DNA from: Azolla caroliniana
Taxonomy: Eukaryota > Plantae > Polypodiophyta
Direction: 5' to 3'
Assembly (NCBI GenBank): GCA_043228905.1
Contig: JBHGNT010000008.1
Location: forward strand, 18,228,001 to 18,292,000
Length of the DNA: 64,000 nucleotides
Shown: positions 50,334-64,000 of the stretch, piece by piece
Position numbering within the stretch: the first letter of the stretch is position 1
How the letters are laid out: every line of letters begins with the position of its first letter
The notes under the pieces: generated by a model
Seen by the model: the letters and a program-made list of their open reading frames with translations, nothing else
Database searches by the model: none
What the model was told of the DNA's origin: nothing
Made by a program: the position numbers and the translations under genes

Positions 50334-51887
50334 ATAATTGGTATCAGAACCTCTTAGATGGCTCATATGTGCATTTAATCTCAAATCAATTTTCACTTAT
50401 ATGCATGTAGTCATTACTTGAACTCGGCTCTCTTTCGCTTTCTCAAGGCTGGGTAAAGTTAGTCCTGAGAATCTTATTTGATTACGGAATATTTCACACA
50501 CCTCTTTGATTTTGACAGTACCCATTTGCAGATATAAGGTTTCATGTGTTCACAGAGGGTGCTCTTTCATCATTCTTTTGCAAGATTATTATTTGCATTG
50601 ACCTATATGCATATACAGCTGGTTTAATGTATCGCTATGTTTCTTTAAATTCTTCTCTTCCATTCTAGCCACTTTACTTGTAGATACGTATGTCATCTGA
50701 GTACCAATGAGTGAATATACAATTAGTTCTGTTCCAATTTATGGATATTTGCCCCTTCAGAGTGCTTAAGAATGGATTTACAATTTCACTCATGTTTTGA
50801 AAATTTGATGCATATTGGTAGTTCCCTTTCGATATTTGTGGGTATGTGTGCTAGAAATCTCCTCTTTTGTATAGTTTTGTCATTCCTTGCTTTCATTGTT
50901 TCATAATACTTTCATTAATATGTTTTATGGATGTCAAAACATCGCAAACTAAGAGTGCGCAAGTTCCTTTAAGATGCAATTAACATGGACAAATTTGATG
51001 GATCGAAATGCCTGTGATGTGGACAGTTTCAAATATATGCAATCTGACAAAAAGGTACATTGATTTATTGAAGCATGTGGTATCTTTCAACCAAACGCAA
51101 CCTGCAGGCATTATTAGTCTATGAACACGAGAAGATTCCGTAGTTGTCAAAAATGCTAACGAGTACATGCCCAAAACTTGTCAAGGCTTAGTTTGTCTCT
51201 CTATTTGCTTGGGTGGTTTCATTTCCCACTGTTGCTGTGTAGATTAATGCTTCTGAATTGATATATGCTTCAATGTTTCTGAATTATAGTAACTTTCTTG
51301 ATGATTACTTATTTGATTACTCTTGACGAATTTGCAATTTTCAGAGGCACAATATGATATTGGATTGCTTACTAATAACATTGCATTAAAATTTAAATGG
51401 TATGCACATGACATCTCCGGTGAGTATTAATTACATCTAAACACTCTCAATCCTTAGTTAATGAAGCATTAATCATGTTAGTTTTTTATCATTGGAACTA
51501 GAAATTCATGGTACATGTGGAAACGCAAGTTTGGGTTAAATCATGGCACAAATTGATGAAAGTTGGTCAATATTGAAAAGCAATAGTACCAAGACTGCTA
51601 AATATTTACATCTGTACATGTTATTTATGTAGGCATACAACTATATCCAACTGCCACAAAATAGTGATTAATTTCTCACAAGATACAAGACCTTTCATGA
51701 ACATGGAAATAGTTAATAAAAGATTAGATTGTCTCTATAAGGCAAGATTTTATGCACTCGGCCATGGTCAAATGTCTATGATGAGTTGATAACACTCAAG
51801 TCCCATAAGCAGACCATCATAGCGTGCGTTACAGCCAGAGCTAGGCATATGGCACGTATAAGTATAAACTTTGTAGCATATCATCAT

Positions 51888-54741
51888 CTACGGGGTAGTT
51901 TTGGACAGAAGGGAGCTCCGACTAATGTTATTTGATGTAGGGATCAGAGTGGATTTTCGCATTGTGTAGGTCATAATACTAATATCATGGTCAATAGTGT
52001 GTGCTTGTTGGCATTCAATGTAGGGATCGTAGTGGATGTTAGCATTGCCTTTGCTGATAATGTTACTACTGTTGTCGGTGGTGTATGCTTGTTGGTGCCT
52101 TTTCCTATAACTAGCCTTGAAGCAAGCTTGCCTTAGACGCTTTGTTTTCTCAAGAAGCTGGGTGCTTGGTATCTCTTCCATCTCTTTCCTTTGTTTTTCT
52201 AGTTCTTTCACTGCATCTTGGACCTGGATTCCGTCATCTGCTCCATCTTCTTTGGCCAAATCCTACATACATATAGATAACATCCGTCACAAACAAAGAT
52301 GTTAAGCAATATACCACGTGAAGTCTTTTCTTACTAAACTTTATTGAAGGTGGTGAGATATTACAAAGCCGAAGAATCAAAGTTTCCCTAATGGCAAGAA
52401 GATATTAAGAAGTTGGCCTAACATTATACCTCTTCCAGGGGGCCGAAGGAAATGTCAACCCAAGTTAGCCAAACAATCCTCTAGATAGATAGATAGGTAT
52501 CTTTTTAATGTCCATATTGATATGAGACCCATTGCAATCTATGACACAGGACCTAGCCCCTTGGAACCCAGGTTCAATCCAATGAAGCCAGGAGCGAACT
52601 GGGTTCCAAAGATGAGTGAATGTTATGAGGACATCGGCCATGCCTCGAGAAGATCTTGAGGTATCTGTTATGAGCATGTTGTGTGTACAAACCTCAAAAT
52701 GTAAATGTCTAGATGAGGTCTCAAATCTTCTAACAAGTGCCACTCATGTGGAAACATGCATCAAAGGTTAAGGAGATTGATGAAGTTGAATACCTAGCAT
52801 GAACATTAGGAAGCTAGGATCCTCACAAGTGACATGTTGTGGAATCATGCATAGAGAAAAGTCTTTGACAAGTTGTACATCTATATAATTGCGACCTGGT
52901 CTACAACTTCTTGTGTAGATCCATATAGGGGAAAACGTTATATCACTCCAATGACACCATTACCTGTATTTTGTGTATGAGACTATTGAGACTCTTCATT
53001 TTCCGATGCGGCCACCGTGGAATGCCGAAGAATCGGCACCGTTTCTTTAGCACTGTGAGACCCACCTTGAGTTTTTTCGATGCTTCGAGGATAGGCATAT
53101 CAAAGTACTTGGAGAGCATATTGAAGCTCAATTCCACATTCTTTGAGTTTCGTCCTGTTATAGTGGGCCCGAAATTATGAATTCCCTTTTCTCTTTCACA
53201 GTCCCCATCCTCAACCAAATCAAGGACTTTTTTGGGTTTGTCTTTCATATCTACAGAAATACCATCTTCTTCTCGGCAATTCACTCCAATGGATCTTGTA
53301 GCCACCCCGATGTTTTGTGATATCCCATCCATCAATGATGGGCTTGAAGTTGGTGACATTGTTGCCTGCCTCCAAAGGGATGGCTCCAGATTGTGGATAC
53401 TAAACGAACTTGATGTTGGACTTCCACCTGCCCCGATCAACCATACTGTTTTAAGATCCAAGAATCAAAGGCATTTTCTTATATAGTTTTTACTTTATAA
53501 TTTCCCTGAGAATACATCTTGCCTCCGATTTGAAGCCCAAGAGAAGTTTCTATAGGAGACTTTGCATTCCATCATGGGGTGTCAAAATCCGATTATGAAC
53601 CTTCAAAACTTTCCAATTATTCCAAACTTAATGCTATACATTTATCGATATGCACCTTGGACATTTTGTTATAGTTTTATTTTTGCAGTCTTGCACAATT
53701 TCACTTGACGCTCAAAATAGGTTTCAAATAGAAGCTCACTAAAATACACATGCACACATGACAGTAACTATATTCGAATCCATCACAATCAATAACCATC
53801 TCATGTACATATATGTGCATCGGTAAGGACCATATACAAATAATTGCATACCTCCACTGATTACCATACTTGCCTCATCGGTGCTGCTTCTTAAAGATGG
53901 TAAATTGAACATTTGTGTCATGATTGGGCTAACCAGCTCCAGATCCGATCCCCATTGTTGCCTTTCGGAAGGCTCCAAGTGTGTGCATTGGTCTGGGGCC
54001 TCAGTCATTCCTCGTGTACGTGAGCATAAAAGAGAAGAGAGCATGGAGTGTGAAACCGAGTCACCCATTGAGTCATCGATAAACAAGGTCTTTGGACTCT
54101 TCTTCATGTAGCTCTCCACCAACACCAAGTCTTGTGCACGTGATGGTGTAATGTGGAGATGGCGGTTTCTAAAAAGATAACATTATTTTAGATCATTTGT
54201 CAAAGTCCTATTTGATTGAGAATGAGAATGATGATATTATATTATGCCGATCTCTGAGTAACAAGCCTCAAATTTTATCTTAAGAAGGTAAATTTAGAAT
54301 TTCACTATTTAAATCTTTCTACTGATGCGGTAAGATGCATTTTCAACAAGTGTAATTTCTCAGATGGGAAGTGGGAAACTCCCAAATGATCTAAGATGGT
54401 CTTCAAAGCCAAAGTAGAGATAGACACCTTTTGTATAGGAGACATTTGTCCGATGTGAGAAAGAAGCATCTGCCCCAGCCATGGTCTGGACATGATGCGA
54501 GTGTGTCCATGCAAGGCATATGTTTGTGCATGTGCATGTGTATGTGTATCACATGCATTATGCTTATGTGTATGTGTATCACATCCATTATGCTTATGTG
54601 TATGTGTATGTGTATGTGTATCACATGCATTACTGTACGCATGTGCACGTATGTAGGAAAGGGACCAATTTCTCACATGTTTTCCTCCAATGTTCAACAT
54701 TACAAGAGCTTCTGCATCCTTGATACAGCATTGTGTGTGTG

Positions 54742-54773
<32 letters not shown>

Positions 54774-54936
54774 TGTATGTATGTATGTATGTATGCACAT
54801 AAATGTGTGTGTGTTGTGTGTACCTGGAGATGTTTACGGGAGGAAGGATTGATGCATCTGTAGGTGAGTTGTGGTAGAAGTTGAGGATAGGTTTCCGTTG
54901 CTTTCTTCCTGTCATTTTCTTCACCATTTGCTCCAT
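51888..54936 (-). CDS. RKD: RWP-RK transcription factor, RKD subfamily (5' exons uncertain, possibly extending to 56740)
   Basis: In-phase exons 54936-54824, 54168-53852, 53427-52964, 52262-51888; LSKYFDMPILEASKKLKVGLTVLKKRCRFFGIPRWPHRK and RKD motif TKRLRQACFKA; no PB1 domain. Confidence 0.88.
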
Positions 54937-55153
54937 GCAACACTAACACTCAGCCCACTTCTCGCAGGTGGGCTGGGAGCAAATTCCTCATGGATCCACG
55001 TAACTAGACAAATTGGGTTCATAGATATGATTACATCCTCATGTAATCTGCAGCATATGGGCCATCACAGAAGCAGGGGAGGGGGGAGAGATTTGAGTAA
55101 AGAGTGAGAAATATGTAGCATGCTATATACTGTTACTAATATGAAGAGAGAGG

Positions 55154-55197
<44 letters not shown>

Positions 55198-56198
55198 ACA
55201 CACACATACAAACAAACACAATCAAAACAAAAGGGTATGATTATTATGCAAGATTTAGCTTAATTAGCTTCCTATGCAGGAGATCTGCAGAGATTATATA
55301 CCTATTGTATAGATTAGTGTATAATTTGATTGGTCAATGTGGACAAATGTGTGTATGTGTGGGTAAGGGGGGGGGGGGGTGTAGTTTGGTTGTTGATCCA
55401 TCGAATCCATCAGCCGAGCTCTAGAGAGATTATATACATAACATTTTCGAGGGCCCCCTCGGAAACTGGAAGCTTCGGTTAGCTTCAGACATCTTATTAT
55501 TTAGTGCACCCTTCTTTCTCCCACCAGTGCCTAAAACAATAGAAATGATAATTTATCCCTTTGCCCCCTTATCCTTACACTCGTGTGAAACTTTTACGCA
55601 GTTTTACACTCCATCAGTTGACCGGAGAGTAGGAAAACCTTTCACAAGCGTTGTTTTTATCTTGCATACAGCGACAAAAAAGAAAGAGATTGGCTTATGA
55701 TGCCTTCTTTTGGGTAAAGGCTCGTATGTTTTTGGGTACATCGAGAAAAGATCTGTATCTTTTTCTCTACATAATGTTGTACTGTAAACCCCCGAGATTT
55801 AGAATTCTTGTTCCGCTCCTATATTCATGCATGTGAAAGTTGATACATATCCTCACACTAGAGAAACCCGTTTTCCTTGGGAGGGGGAAAAAATGTTATC
55901 GCGACGCTAATGGCCTCGAAACGTCTCCACAACGTCACGTCCATAAAAACTCTGAAAAAAATGAGTGAGAGTGTCAACTACCATATTGTGTTCTAAGAAA
56001 AGTGACTCAAAAACTCGGAGTAGAGAAGAATACAATGAGGGGAAGGGATACTAGATTTGGCAAGGCGTCGAGACTACCTTGTCCACAAAGGAGATACCTC
56101 TATTTCCACTTGTCTAATAATACCTTTGAGCAAGGCATTCCTTGCAGCAACATCCTCACTAGGTTTTCCTTTACATATCTCTATTGTTTTAACACGTT

Positions 56199-56408
56199 AA
56201 CACACACACACACACACACACACACATGCATACATATATGCATACATACATACATACATACATACATACATACATACATACATACATACATTCATGCATG
56301 CATACATACATGCATGCATGCATGCATACATACATACATACATGTATACATACCTATACATATGTATGTATGCATGTATGCATGTATGTATATATGTGTA
56401 CATATATT
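56199..56408. repeat. compound (CA)n/(CATA)n/(CATG)n microsatellite
   Basis: Direct reading; similar tracts at 54520-54815 and 55156-55210. Confidence 0.92.
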
Positions 56409-57739
56409 ATGAGAAAAAGAAAGAGAGACAACGTGACGAGTATACCAAGAGCACATGTGATGTTTGACCCACACATTCCACAATAAGCGACAAGAAAGAG
56501 AGCCATCACATGTGTGGTCGTGTGTGCGCGCGCTTGTAAAGGAGAAAGCGGAGATACTCCCTCATAGGTTTTCTTTATAGTCCCTAGAGTGTGTGCCCTG
56601 GTAGCCCCAAGTAAAGAGTGGAGTAAACGAAGAAAGTCTTTGTATATTTGTGTGTGTTTGTGTGCGCTAAAACAAGAAGAAGAGGGCCATTTCTTCGTTG
56701 GGGGGGGGGGTAATATAAGAAGAGGAAATCTGGGGCTCATTTCCTCTCTCTAGAGTCCCCCCCCCCCCCCCCCCCCTTTTTCTCCCCCATCTGATTTTAA
56801 TAAAAGAAGGCAGCTTGTAGAAAAAAGGCACATCTTAGAGAGAGGAAAATGGTTGGCTTATTATATCTAGTTTATTTGACATCTCCACATGGGATTGGGA
56901 TAACCGTTTTGGTCGGTTCGATGGAATGCCACGTGTCGCACATCCAGCGGCCCATTCTCAAAGTGCTGTTTTCCTCTTTCTTTTTGTCAAAGACATATTA
57001 TGTATAATTAAATCATAACTAAATAAATATGCAAATAAATAATATATACATATTTACTCGGGTTGTATGAAGTTAGAACCCTTTTTTTCAGGCATATCAT
57101 TGTGAGGGAATACGTTACAAAAAGAACCCCAGTTGCCCCTACCCCTACCCCTACCCCTACCAATAACACTAACACTTATAGGACATCTAGTCATTGGCTC
57201 GCAATAATGTCTTATGATAGTTTGGTTAGTGACTCCCCCCCCCCCCCCCCCCCCCCACCAAAGGTAAAAATCTCACTTTGCACATCTACTCATATGTTAA
57301 CATGCGTGGGCTCGCTTGATGGAGCCACTTCCTCCCCCCATCCATTTATAGATAAGACACACACATAGATGCTACTCAATAATATACTAAAGAAGGAACA
57401 TGGCTTCATTAGTGGTTCCTCGCCTATTATATCACGTCGAGAGATGGAGCCACTCCCTCCTAGGGACACCTTCATGGTAATTAATAAGGAGCACGATCTG
57501 GACGATAATAATAAGAAGGGAATCAATTCTCTTTACCAGACACGTGCATTGTGGAGCTATTCATAAGACAAGGATAAGTTGTGTGCACTTGCTCTGTCTT
57601 CAACACACCCAAATGCTCATAAAAGATACCTCAAGGCCCTTTAAAATTAGCCATCAAACAGACCAAGTCAGTGATACTATGGATAATTTGAAAGCCAAGT
57701 GATTTATGCTGAAAATTCATTATAATATTACACCATCAA

Positions 57740-58130
57740 AGAGGTCCAAGAATTCAATGCATATTTTCTAAGATACATGTTGACCACATGAACAACTTGT
57801 ATCAACATTGGTATCACAACTTATGGTGCATCAACCAATAGCGCTTTGATCAAACAAACTCCACAAAAGGCTATCTCTTGGTCCAAGAATTCAATTGATC
57901 TTTTCTAGGGCAAGTCATGCCTACACAAGCAACTTGTATCAACATTGATATTATAACTCATGGTGGACCCTCCAATGGGACTTGAATTAACAATCTTCAC
58001 ATATAGCCCACCATTAAGGTTCAAAAATCTAAATAATCTTTTCTAGTGCACATCTTGATTACATGAACAACTTGTATCAACATAGGTATGGTGCACCTCC
58101 CAATGGGGTTTGAATTTGCAAACTCCATAG
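57740..58130. repeat. degenerate tandem repeat, period about 137 bp, three copies
   Basis: CAACTTGTATCAACAT recurs near 57793, 57930 and 58068 with similar flanks. Confidence 0.7.
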
Positions 58131-58659
58131 TATTAAGCATGCGTCTTAAGACCGAACTTATTATTGGAGAACAAGTATTAACAAAGTACATTTTACTTGG
58201 AACTTGGGAAGTCCCTTTATTGAGTTTGGCATGAACCCATCATCTTCTCTTGGTTGTCAATGGTTGCTTTTTATATCGAATATTTTACTAATGCCTACGT
58301 TTGTGCTTTACAATAATACACCTATCGCAAGACTTTGATTAAAGTTCCTTGGTGTGCAAATTGAAATCATAAGGCATTCATGTCTCATTCTTTTTGCAAG
58401 TCTTTGGGGCATATACATTGTATCCACCCAATTACACTTAAATATTATAGAATAATAACTAGATTAATAACATACGATATCCTAGAAAGTAGGCTCTTTA
58501 TTTCTATCCAATGCTTTAGATAACAATGGTTGGCCTACTTGTATAGTTCTTAAAGTCATAAGGTTTAGATCCATAAAATCGTTTTGTGCATAGCACGTGG
58601 ATACTTCAATACATAATAACTTTGACTAGAATTCCTTGGAGTGATAGTTGAGTTGAATT

Positions 58660-59097
58660 AGTAAAATGGCACATTAAATCAACCGGTGTTCCTAATACAT
58701 TATTGAACCAAACCGAACGCGAAACCGCGACTTAACGGTTTAAACGGTTTGGTTCAATTTCAACAATTAGAAACAATGGTTTAATGGTTTTTTTTAGTTT
58801 TTAAAAATTTTAAAAAAATTGTTTTTAAACAAACTTTTCATTTTGAGGCCTTGTTCCCACATTTTAGGAGAATCTTTAAAATTTTGAAAAAAATAATGAA
58901 ATATTTTAATTTTAAAATTTAAAATTTGAAATTTGACCTATCTTGAAAACTGGAACCGAACCACGAAACCGTGATAAATGTTTGAATTTTTTTAATGGTT
59001 CATTTTAACGGTTTTGGGGTTCAGTTCAGGTTTAAAATAATTTAAACGGTTCGGTTTTGACCCTCTCAAACCAAATCGAACCGTTGCCGATTGTTAA
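58660..59097. mobile_element. degenerate AACCG-rich MITE resembling 43206-43665
   Basis: Clusters of AACCG/CGGTT around an AT-rich core; termini and TSD not resolved. Confidence 0.5.
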
Positions 59098-59594
59098 TAG
59101 GGAGATCAATTGTAGGGGATGTTAAGTGCAAGGTATTTAATATATTATTCCTAAAGTGACAAATGGTAAATTCAACGATGTAATTTCATACAAAATGAAT
59201 GTTGTTCGTGCACAAATCGATATATCACTGATCTATGCACATCATAAAAACATGATAAATAGGTCTTAAAGCTGCACACGTTTTTGTACTTTGTACACTA
59301 TAGAACACCTTGACAACTCATAAATAATGCATAGTAGATAATGTGTAAATACCCACTCTTGTATTATTACTATATGTGGTTGGTTTGACAATGACGGGAA
59401 TTATGTCTATTATTAGATAATAGTATGTAAAATGTCGCTACAAGTTCCCATTAGATGCATGATCAAAAGTTGCCCATGTATTTGCTCCAACAATGGCTTC
59501 AAATATTTATAACGGGGTACTAGTTTTACTTCTTGAGTTTGATTCCCGAATGTAACTCACCACCACAACTGATATACGAAGGTTAAAATGTGGA

Positions 59595-61274
59595 CCCCTT
59601 CACCACTATGCGGGCTTTATACCTAGGCGCGTTGTCGACTTCTCTAGTCTTCACCTTATAGACCCATTTGTTCCTGAGTGCTCTCTTACCTTTTGGTAAT
59701 TCTACTAGGTCGTAGGTGTAGTTTTCATGCAAAGAGTCCATCTCGTCTTGCATTGCACTCTAACCATTTTTCTCTGTGCTTGTCAGCAATGGCTTCGTCA
59801 TAGCACTCGGGTTCACCTTCATCAATCAAGAGGATGTATTGACTGACATATGTTGTCGGTGCTCTCCTTTCTCTGAGTGGGTATCTCCTTCTACTCATTG
59901 TTGGCCCTCGTTCGGATGTCTCTTCAAATTCTTCTCTCAGCTCAAGGTTGGATTACTCCGACTCGTATTCCTCGATCGACCTTAGTAGGTTTGCCGACTC
60001 TGACTTGTCTGTATTTGTCGGTTGCCTCGAGTCGACCAACTCAAATTCGGCTGTGCCGACTGGTTGTCTCCGAACAGCCAACTGTGTCGGCTCACTTGAC
60101 CTCAAGTCGATATCAGGGGAGGTTGACTGGGTAGTCGATTCCAACTTTTGTTGCTTCTCGTATTCCTCGATCGACCTTAGTAGGTTTGCCGACTCTGACT
60201 CATTTGTATTTGTCTGTTGCCTCGAGTCGACCAACTCAGATTCGGCTGTGCCGACTGGTTGTCTCCGAACAACCAACTGTGTTGGCTCACTTGTCCTCAA
60301 GTCGATAGTAGGGGAGGTTGACTGGGTAGTCGATTCCAACTTTTGTTGCTTCTAGTCCTCAATTGTCTTGTCTTCCAAGAAGACTACGTCCTAACTTCTC
60401 ACTATGTTCTTGTCGACTAGGTTCCATAGCCTATAGCCAAACTCATCTTCTGAGTATCCCATGAATATGCATGGTTTTGACTTACTGTCGAGCTTCGACC
60501 TCTGATCCTTAGCCACATACATATATGCCAGACATCCGAACACCCTCAGGTGTCGGTAGGAGACATCCTTTCCTGTCCACACTCTCTATGGAACATCGTC
60601 CTTCAATGGCAGTGAGGGAGATCTGTTGATCAGATAAACAACCGTGTACATAGCCTCATCCCAATATATCTTTGGCAGTTTAGCATGCGACAACATGCTC
60701 CTTACTCGTTCCATGATCGTCCGATTCATCCTCTCTGCAAGTCTGTTGAACTCAGGAGTCTTCGGCACTGTGTATCCGATTCGAATACCTTAGGCCTTGC
60801 AGTATTCCTCGAACTTCCCTTTATATTCGCCACCATTTTCGGTTCGGACAACCTTCAACTTCTGACCCGACTCTCGCTCGGTTCTTGCTTGGAACTCCTT
60901 GAACATTGACAGTACTTGATCCTTCGTCTTTAGTACAAAGGCCCAAGTTTTCCGACTATAGTCGTCAATAAACGTTACAAAGTATTGTCCACCTCGATGC
61001 GATGGAGCATCTACATAGCACACATCTGTGTGCACTAGTTCCAGTGCAACTTCTCTTCTCCTTGGTGGTCTCGTGTGGAATGTTGCTTTGTTTTGCTTAC
61101 CAACTAAGAAGTCGACACACTTTTGTAGGTGCACTCCCTTGACTTCTGGTAGAAGCTTCTGGTCGGCCAACAGATGCATTCCCTTCTCGCTCATGTGGCC
61201 GAGTCTCTTGTGCCATAACTCTCCGCTCGAGTCAGCTGCTATATTCACTTCGACTTGCACTGCACAACGTTTTA
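59595..61274 (-). mobile_element. degenerate Ty1/copia fragment (integrase to RT start)
   Basis: LWHKRLGHMS, VHTDVC, FIDDYSR, AERMNRT, HLRVFGC, and a YKARIVVKG RT start truncated near 59595. Confidence 0.88.
59962..60351. repeat. 195-bp in-frame tandem duplication in the copia INT-RT linker
   Basis: 59962-60156 is repeated at 60157-60351 with a few substitutions. Confidence 0.9.
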
Positions 61275-64000
61275 TGTGGAAAACCCTAAATGGGTAAAAC
61301 CACGGGAATAGAGATTCCACTATAAAGAGAGAATACAAGATGAGATCAGAATACAACACTCTCCACTCAAAGTGTATCAGCCACACAAGGCTCTTGGTGT
61401 CAAACATCACTTGGCTATGGCGTCTCTCTCTCTCTCTCTATTGCTAACACACTCACCATTCTGTTCTACTATATTCTCTGCACATCATCACATATTTGTT
61501 TGCCCTAGACGCATTTATACTAATACACAAAATGGGTTATTTACAATCATGGCCATTATTATTATCTGATAATAATAATAGTCTTACTAATCCGCCAACT
61601 CATTTGTCGACTGTCGGGTCGGTCCGACTAGTCGACTTGGTCATCGACCATCTAGTCGGCCCGACTATCCGGTCGTGTCTTCGACCTCGATCAACTCTTG
61701 TCAACTCTCTGTGTTGACTCTCTCAGAGTCAACTCCTCGACTGTTGGCTCTCATTTGACCAGTTGGCTACTCCCTGTCTTTGACTATTGGCTCTCTCCGA
61801 GTAGTCGGCTCCTCCCACTGGAGGGACATATTCCTAACATGTTGGTCGATCTACATTTGTTGAACCACTGATGTCAGGAGTTCTGGTGGATGACTCGCCC
61901 TTGTAGAGGGTTTCAGCAGTGTCATGTCATCCTCCCCTTCTTTAAGATCGATTGACATGGAAGCTTTTACCTTGGACACATTGTCTTTGTCAGTTCTTGT
62001 CAAAGTAGTCCACCCATTTTCGACTAGTGGACCTCTTGATGATTCGGGGTTGGTTGGGGTGGTGTCGGCTCGGTCGATTTTGATTGTTTGTCGAATGACC
62101 GATTCGGCCCAATAGGTCAGTCTTTCTACGACCTCTTTGTTAGTTTCGAAAGAGATCTTTTTGCCCATTATTGTTTGATGGTTCTGTTCAGATAAGAGAA
62201 TAGAGTCTTCATTGAAGACGACATCATTGCTCGGGATCAACTTCCAATTCTTTGGGTCCCATAGTCGATAGTCGAATTCCCCATCAGTTCCATAACCGAG
62301 AAATATGCATTTTGTTGCATGGGGTGCCAACTTGGTCCTTTTCTCCCTGGGGATGAATGCATAGGCTTCGTATCCGAATATACAAAGACTGTCATAGGTC
62401 GGATCTTTGCCTAACCATAGTGCCTATGGCCCTTCGAGCCTAATTGACTTTGATGACGATCGATTTATCAGGTAAACTGCCATCTCCAATGCTTTGGCCC
62501 AGAACTCCAGCTTTAGTTCGACTTGTTGGAGCATTGCCGTTATCTTCTCTTGGATCGTTCATTTTGCCACTCCATTCTACATGGGTGTGTATGGAACGGT
62601 CTTTTGATGCGGGATCCCTTTGTTGGATAGGTATTGTTTGAAGGCTTTGGAGGTGTATTCACCACCATTGTCGGATCATAGTGTCTTCACTTTGTATCCC
62701 GACTGGTTCTCCACTTTAGCTATCCACCGAGTGAAGACCTCGAGTGCTTCTTCTTTCGACCTAATCGAGTAGGCCCAAACCTTCCGTGCAAAGTCCTCTA
62801 CAAATGTGATGAAGTATCAAGAGCCTCCTAATGATCGCTCAAGCATAGGCCCCCATATAGCTGTGTGCACGAGCTCTAGGGGTTGTCATACCGTCTCGTA
62901 GAGGAGAGAATGCAGACTTCGGGTCTATTTCCCGTATCGACAACGCTCACAGAAGTCCTTCTTGATCGGGATTTTTGGGATATAGCTGACTGCCATTAGC
63001 CGATCGAGTTCGGCTTGAGACATATGGCGAGCCGACCATGCCATAGGTTCATGGCCGTCTTTTCGGCTACGTTCACGGCCCATTCTGGATTGATCGTCAT
63101 CATTGGGTACAAGTTGTTGTACTTGTGCCCTCTTCCAATTCTTAGGTTTCCGTCGTTGATCATCCATGCCGACTCATTGAGAGTCGTTCGGTACTTGTCT
63201 TCGGCTAACATGTCGATGGAGACCAAAATTCTCTTTAGATCGGGTATGTGCCAAACTTGGTGTAGGGTGATCATGTTGCCATTCGGTAGTTGGATGGGGA
63301 TCTCTCTGTCTCTGTGATTATGCACTCCTGCTCGTTGCCGAGTCGGACTATGCCATTGGCTTCGACTGAATAGTTCAAAAACCATTCGATGTTCGGGGTC
63401 ACATGGAATGTGGCACCAAAATCTAGTAACCACATATGTGCGTTGTGCACTGTAGAGGACTTCTCGGATAATTGAGTCCTCCAAGGAGAGGATTTCTCCG
63501 GATCGGGTGTCGGCAACATTGACTTGGTTGCCGACTGGAGAGTGGTTGAGTCAGATCGTCCTCGATTCCACTAAGATAGTCAACCACTCTCTTTCCTCTT
63601 GATCGACCAACAATCAGAAACATTATGCCTAGCTTTTTTGTAATGGGTGCAGAATTCGCCTGATCGACTCATTCTCGACTTCTATCGTTGTCGCTCTCCC
63701 CTCATTTTCGACCGATTGGTGTTCTGACCGGTTCTATCGGCTTGTTCTCTCAATCGACTCGGTTAAGTGGTGGGTTTTTTCCGACTCGTCGATGGTGAGT
63801 CCCATCGATTTTCGCCTAATATGCTTAGTGAGGACTTGGCCGACTATTTCCTCTAGATTTAGATTTGGTTGGTTGTAGGAAAATGTCGTGCAAAATACCT
63901 CCCAACTCACCGGCAAGCTCGATAGGAGGGGAAGGGCTTTAACTTCTTCTTCAAAGTTAATCCCTTGGGAGGAAAGTTCAGACAACACCCGACTGAAGGT
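61275..64000 (-). mobile_element. second degenerate copia: LTR 61275-61839 plus gag, protease and integrase; RT and RNase H absent
   Basis: TGTGG...TAACA LTR; LLSSLPVSW gag, WLLDFGATFH protease, LWHGRL, KCIFLGY; runs off the window. Confidence 0.82.

Noticed and set aside
52561-52609. Hairpin TTGGAACCCAGGTTC...GAACTGGGTTCCAA in an RKD intron as a miRNA or regulatory RNA
   Set aside because: Stem too short for a plant pre-miRNA; more likely a repeat remnant.
46847-54936. Functional cluster of desaturase and RKD
   Set aside because: Only adjacency in convergent orientation; nothing in the sequence links their functions.
54305-56486. HT/MYVC-rich ORFs
   Set aside because: Translations of intronic microsatellites in the RKD locus.

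Overview
Eukaryotic, non-seed land-plant DNA (bryophyte, lycophyte or fern inferred from a 13-exon front-end Delta5-type desaturase, an RKD gene and Trp-primed Ty3/gypsy elements). Positions 3445-39828 are one hAT DNA transposon (18-bp TIRs, perfect 8-bp TSD GTGTCAAG) inflated to 36 kb by nested insertions. Inside it sits a Sola-like DNA transposon (3666-29942; 35-bp TIRs, 4-bp TSD ACTA) with a split transposase, a divergent orphan ORF and an array of 23-bp CpG palindromes. That element in turn holds a gag-only LTR element, two related gypsy elements, a copia and a solo LTR. The hAT also contains a near-intact LINE, an OTU5-like deubiquitinase pseudogene and a second solo LTR. All four insertions of the TGTCRTG-terminus gypsy group sit on NCGN target sites. 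The right part carries a hAT MITE, the desaturase (+), a convergent RKD transcription factor (-) and degenerate copia elements. All calls come from reading the sequence by eye; no database search was run.
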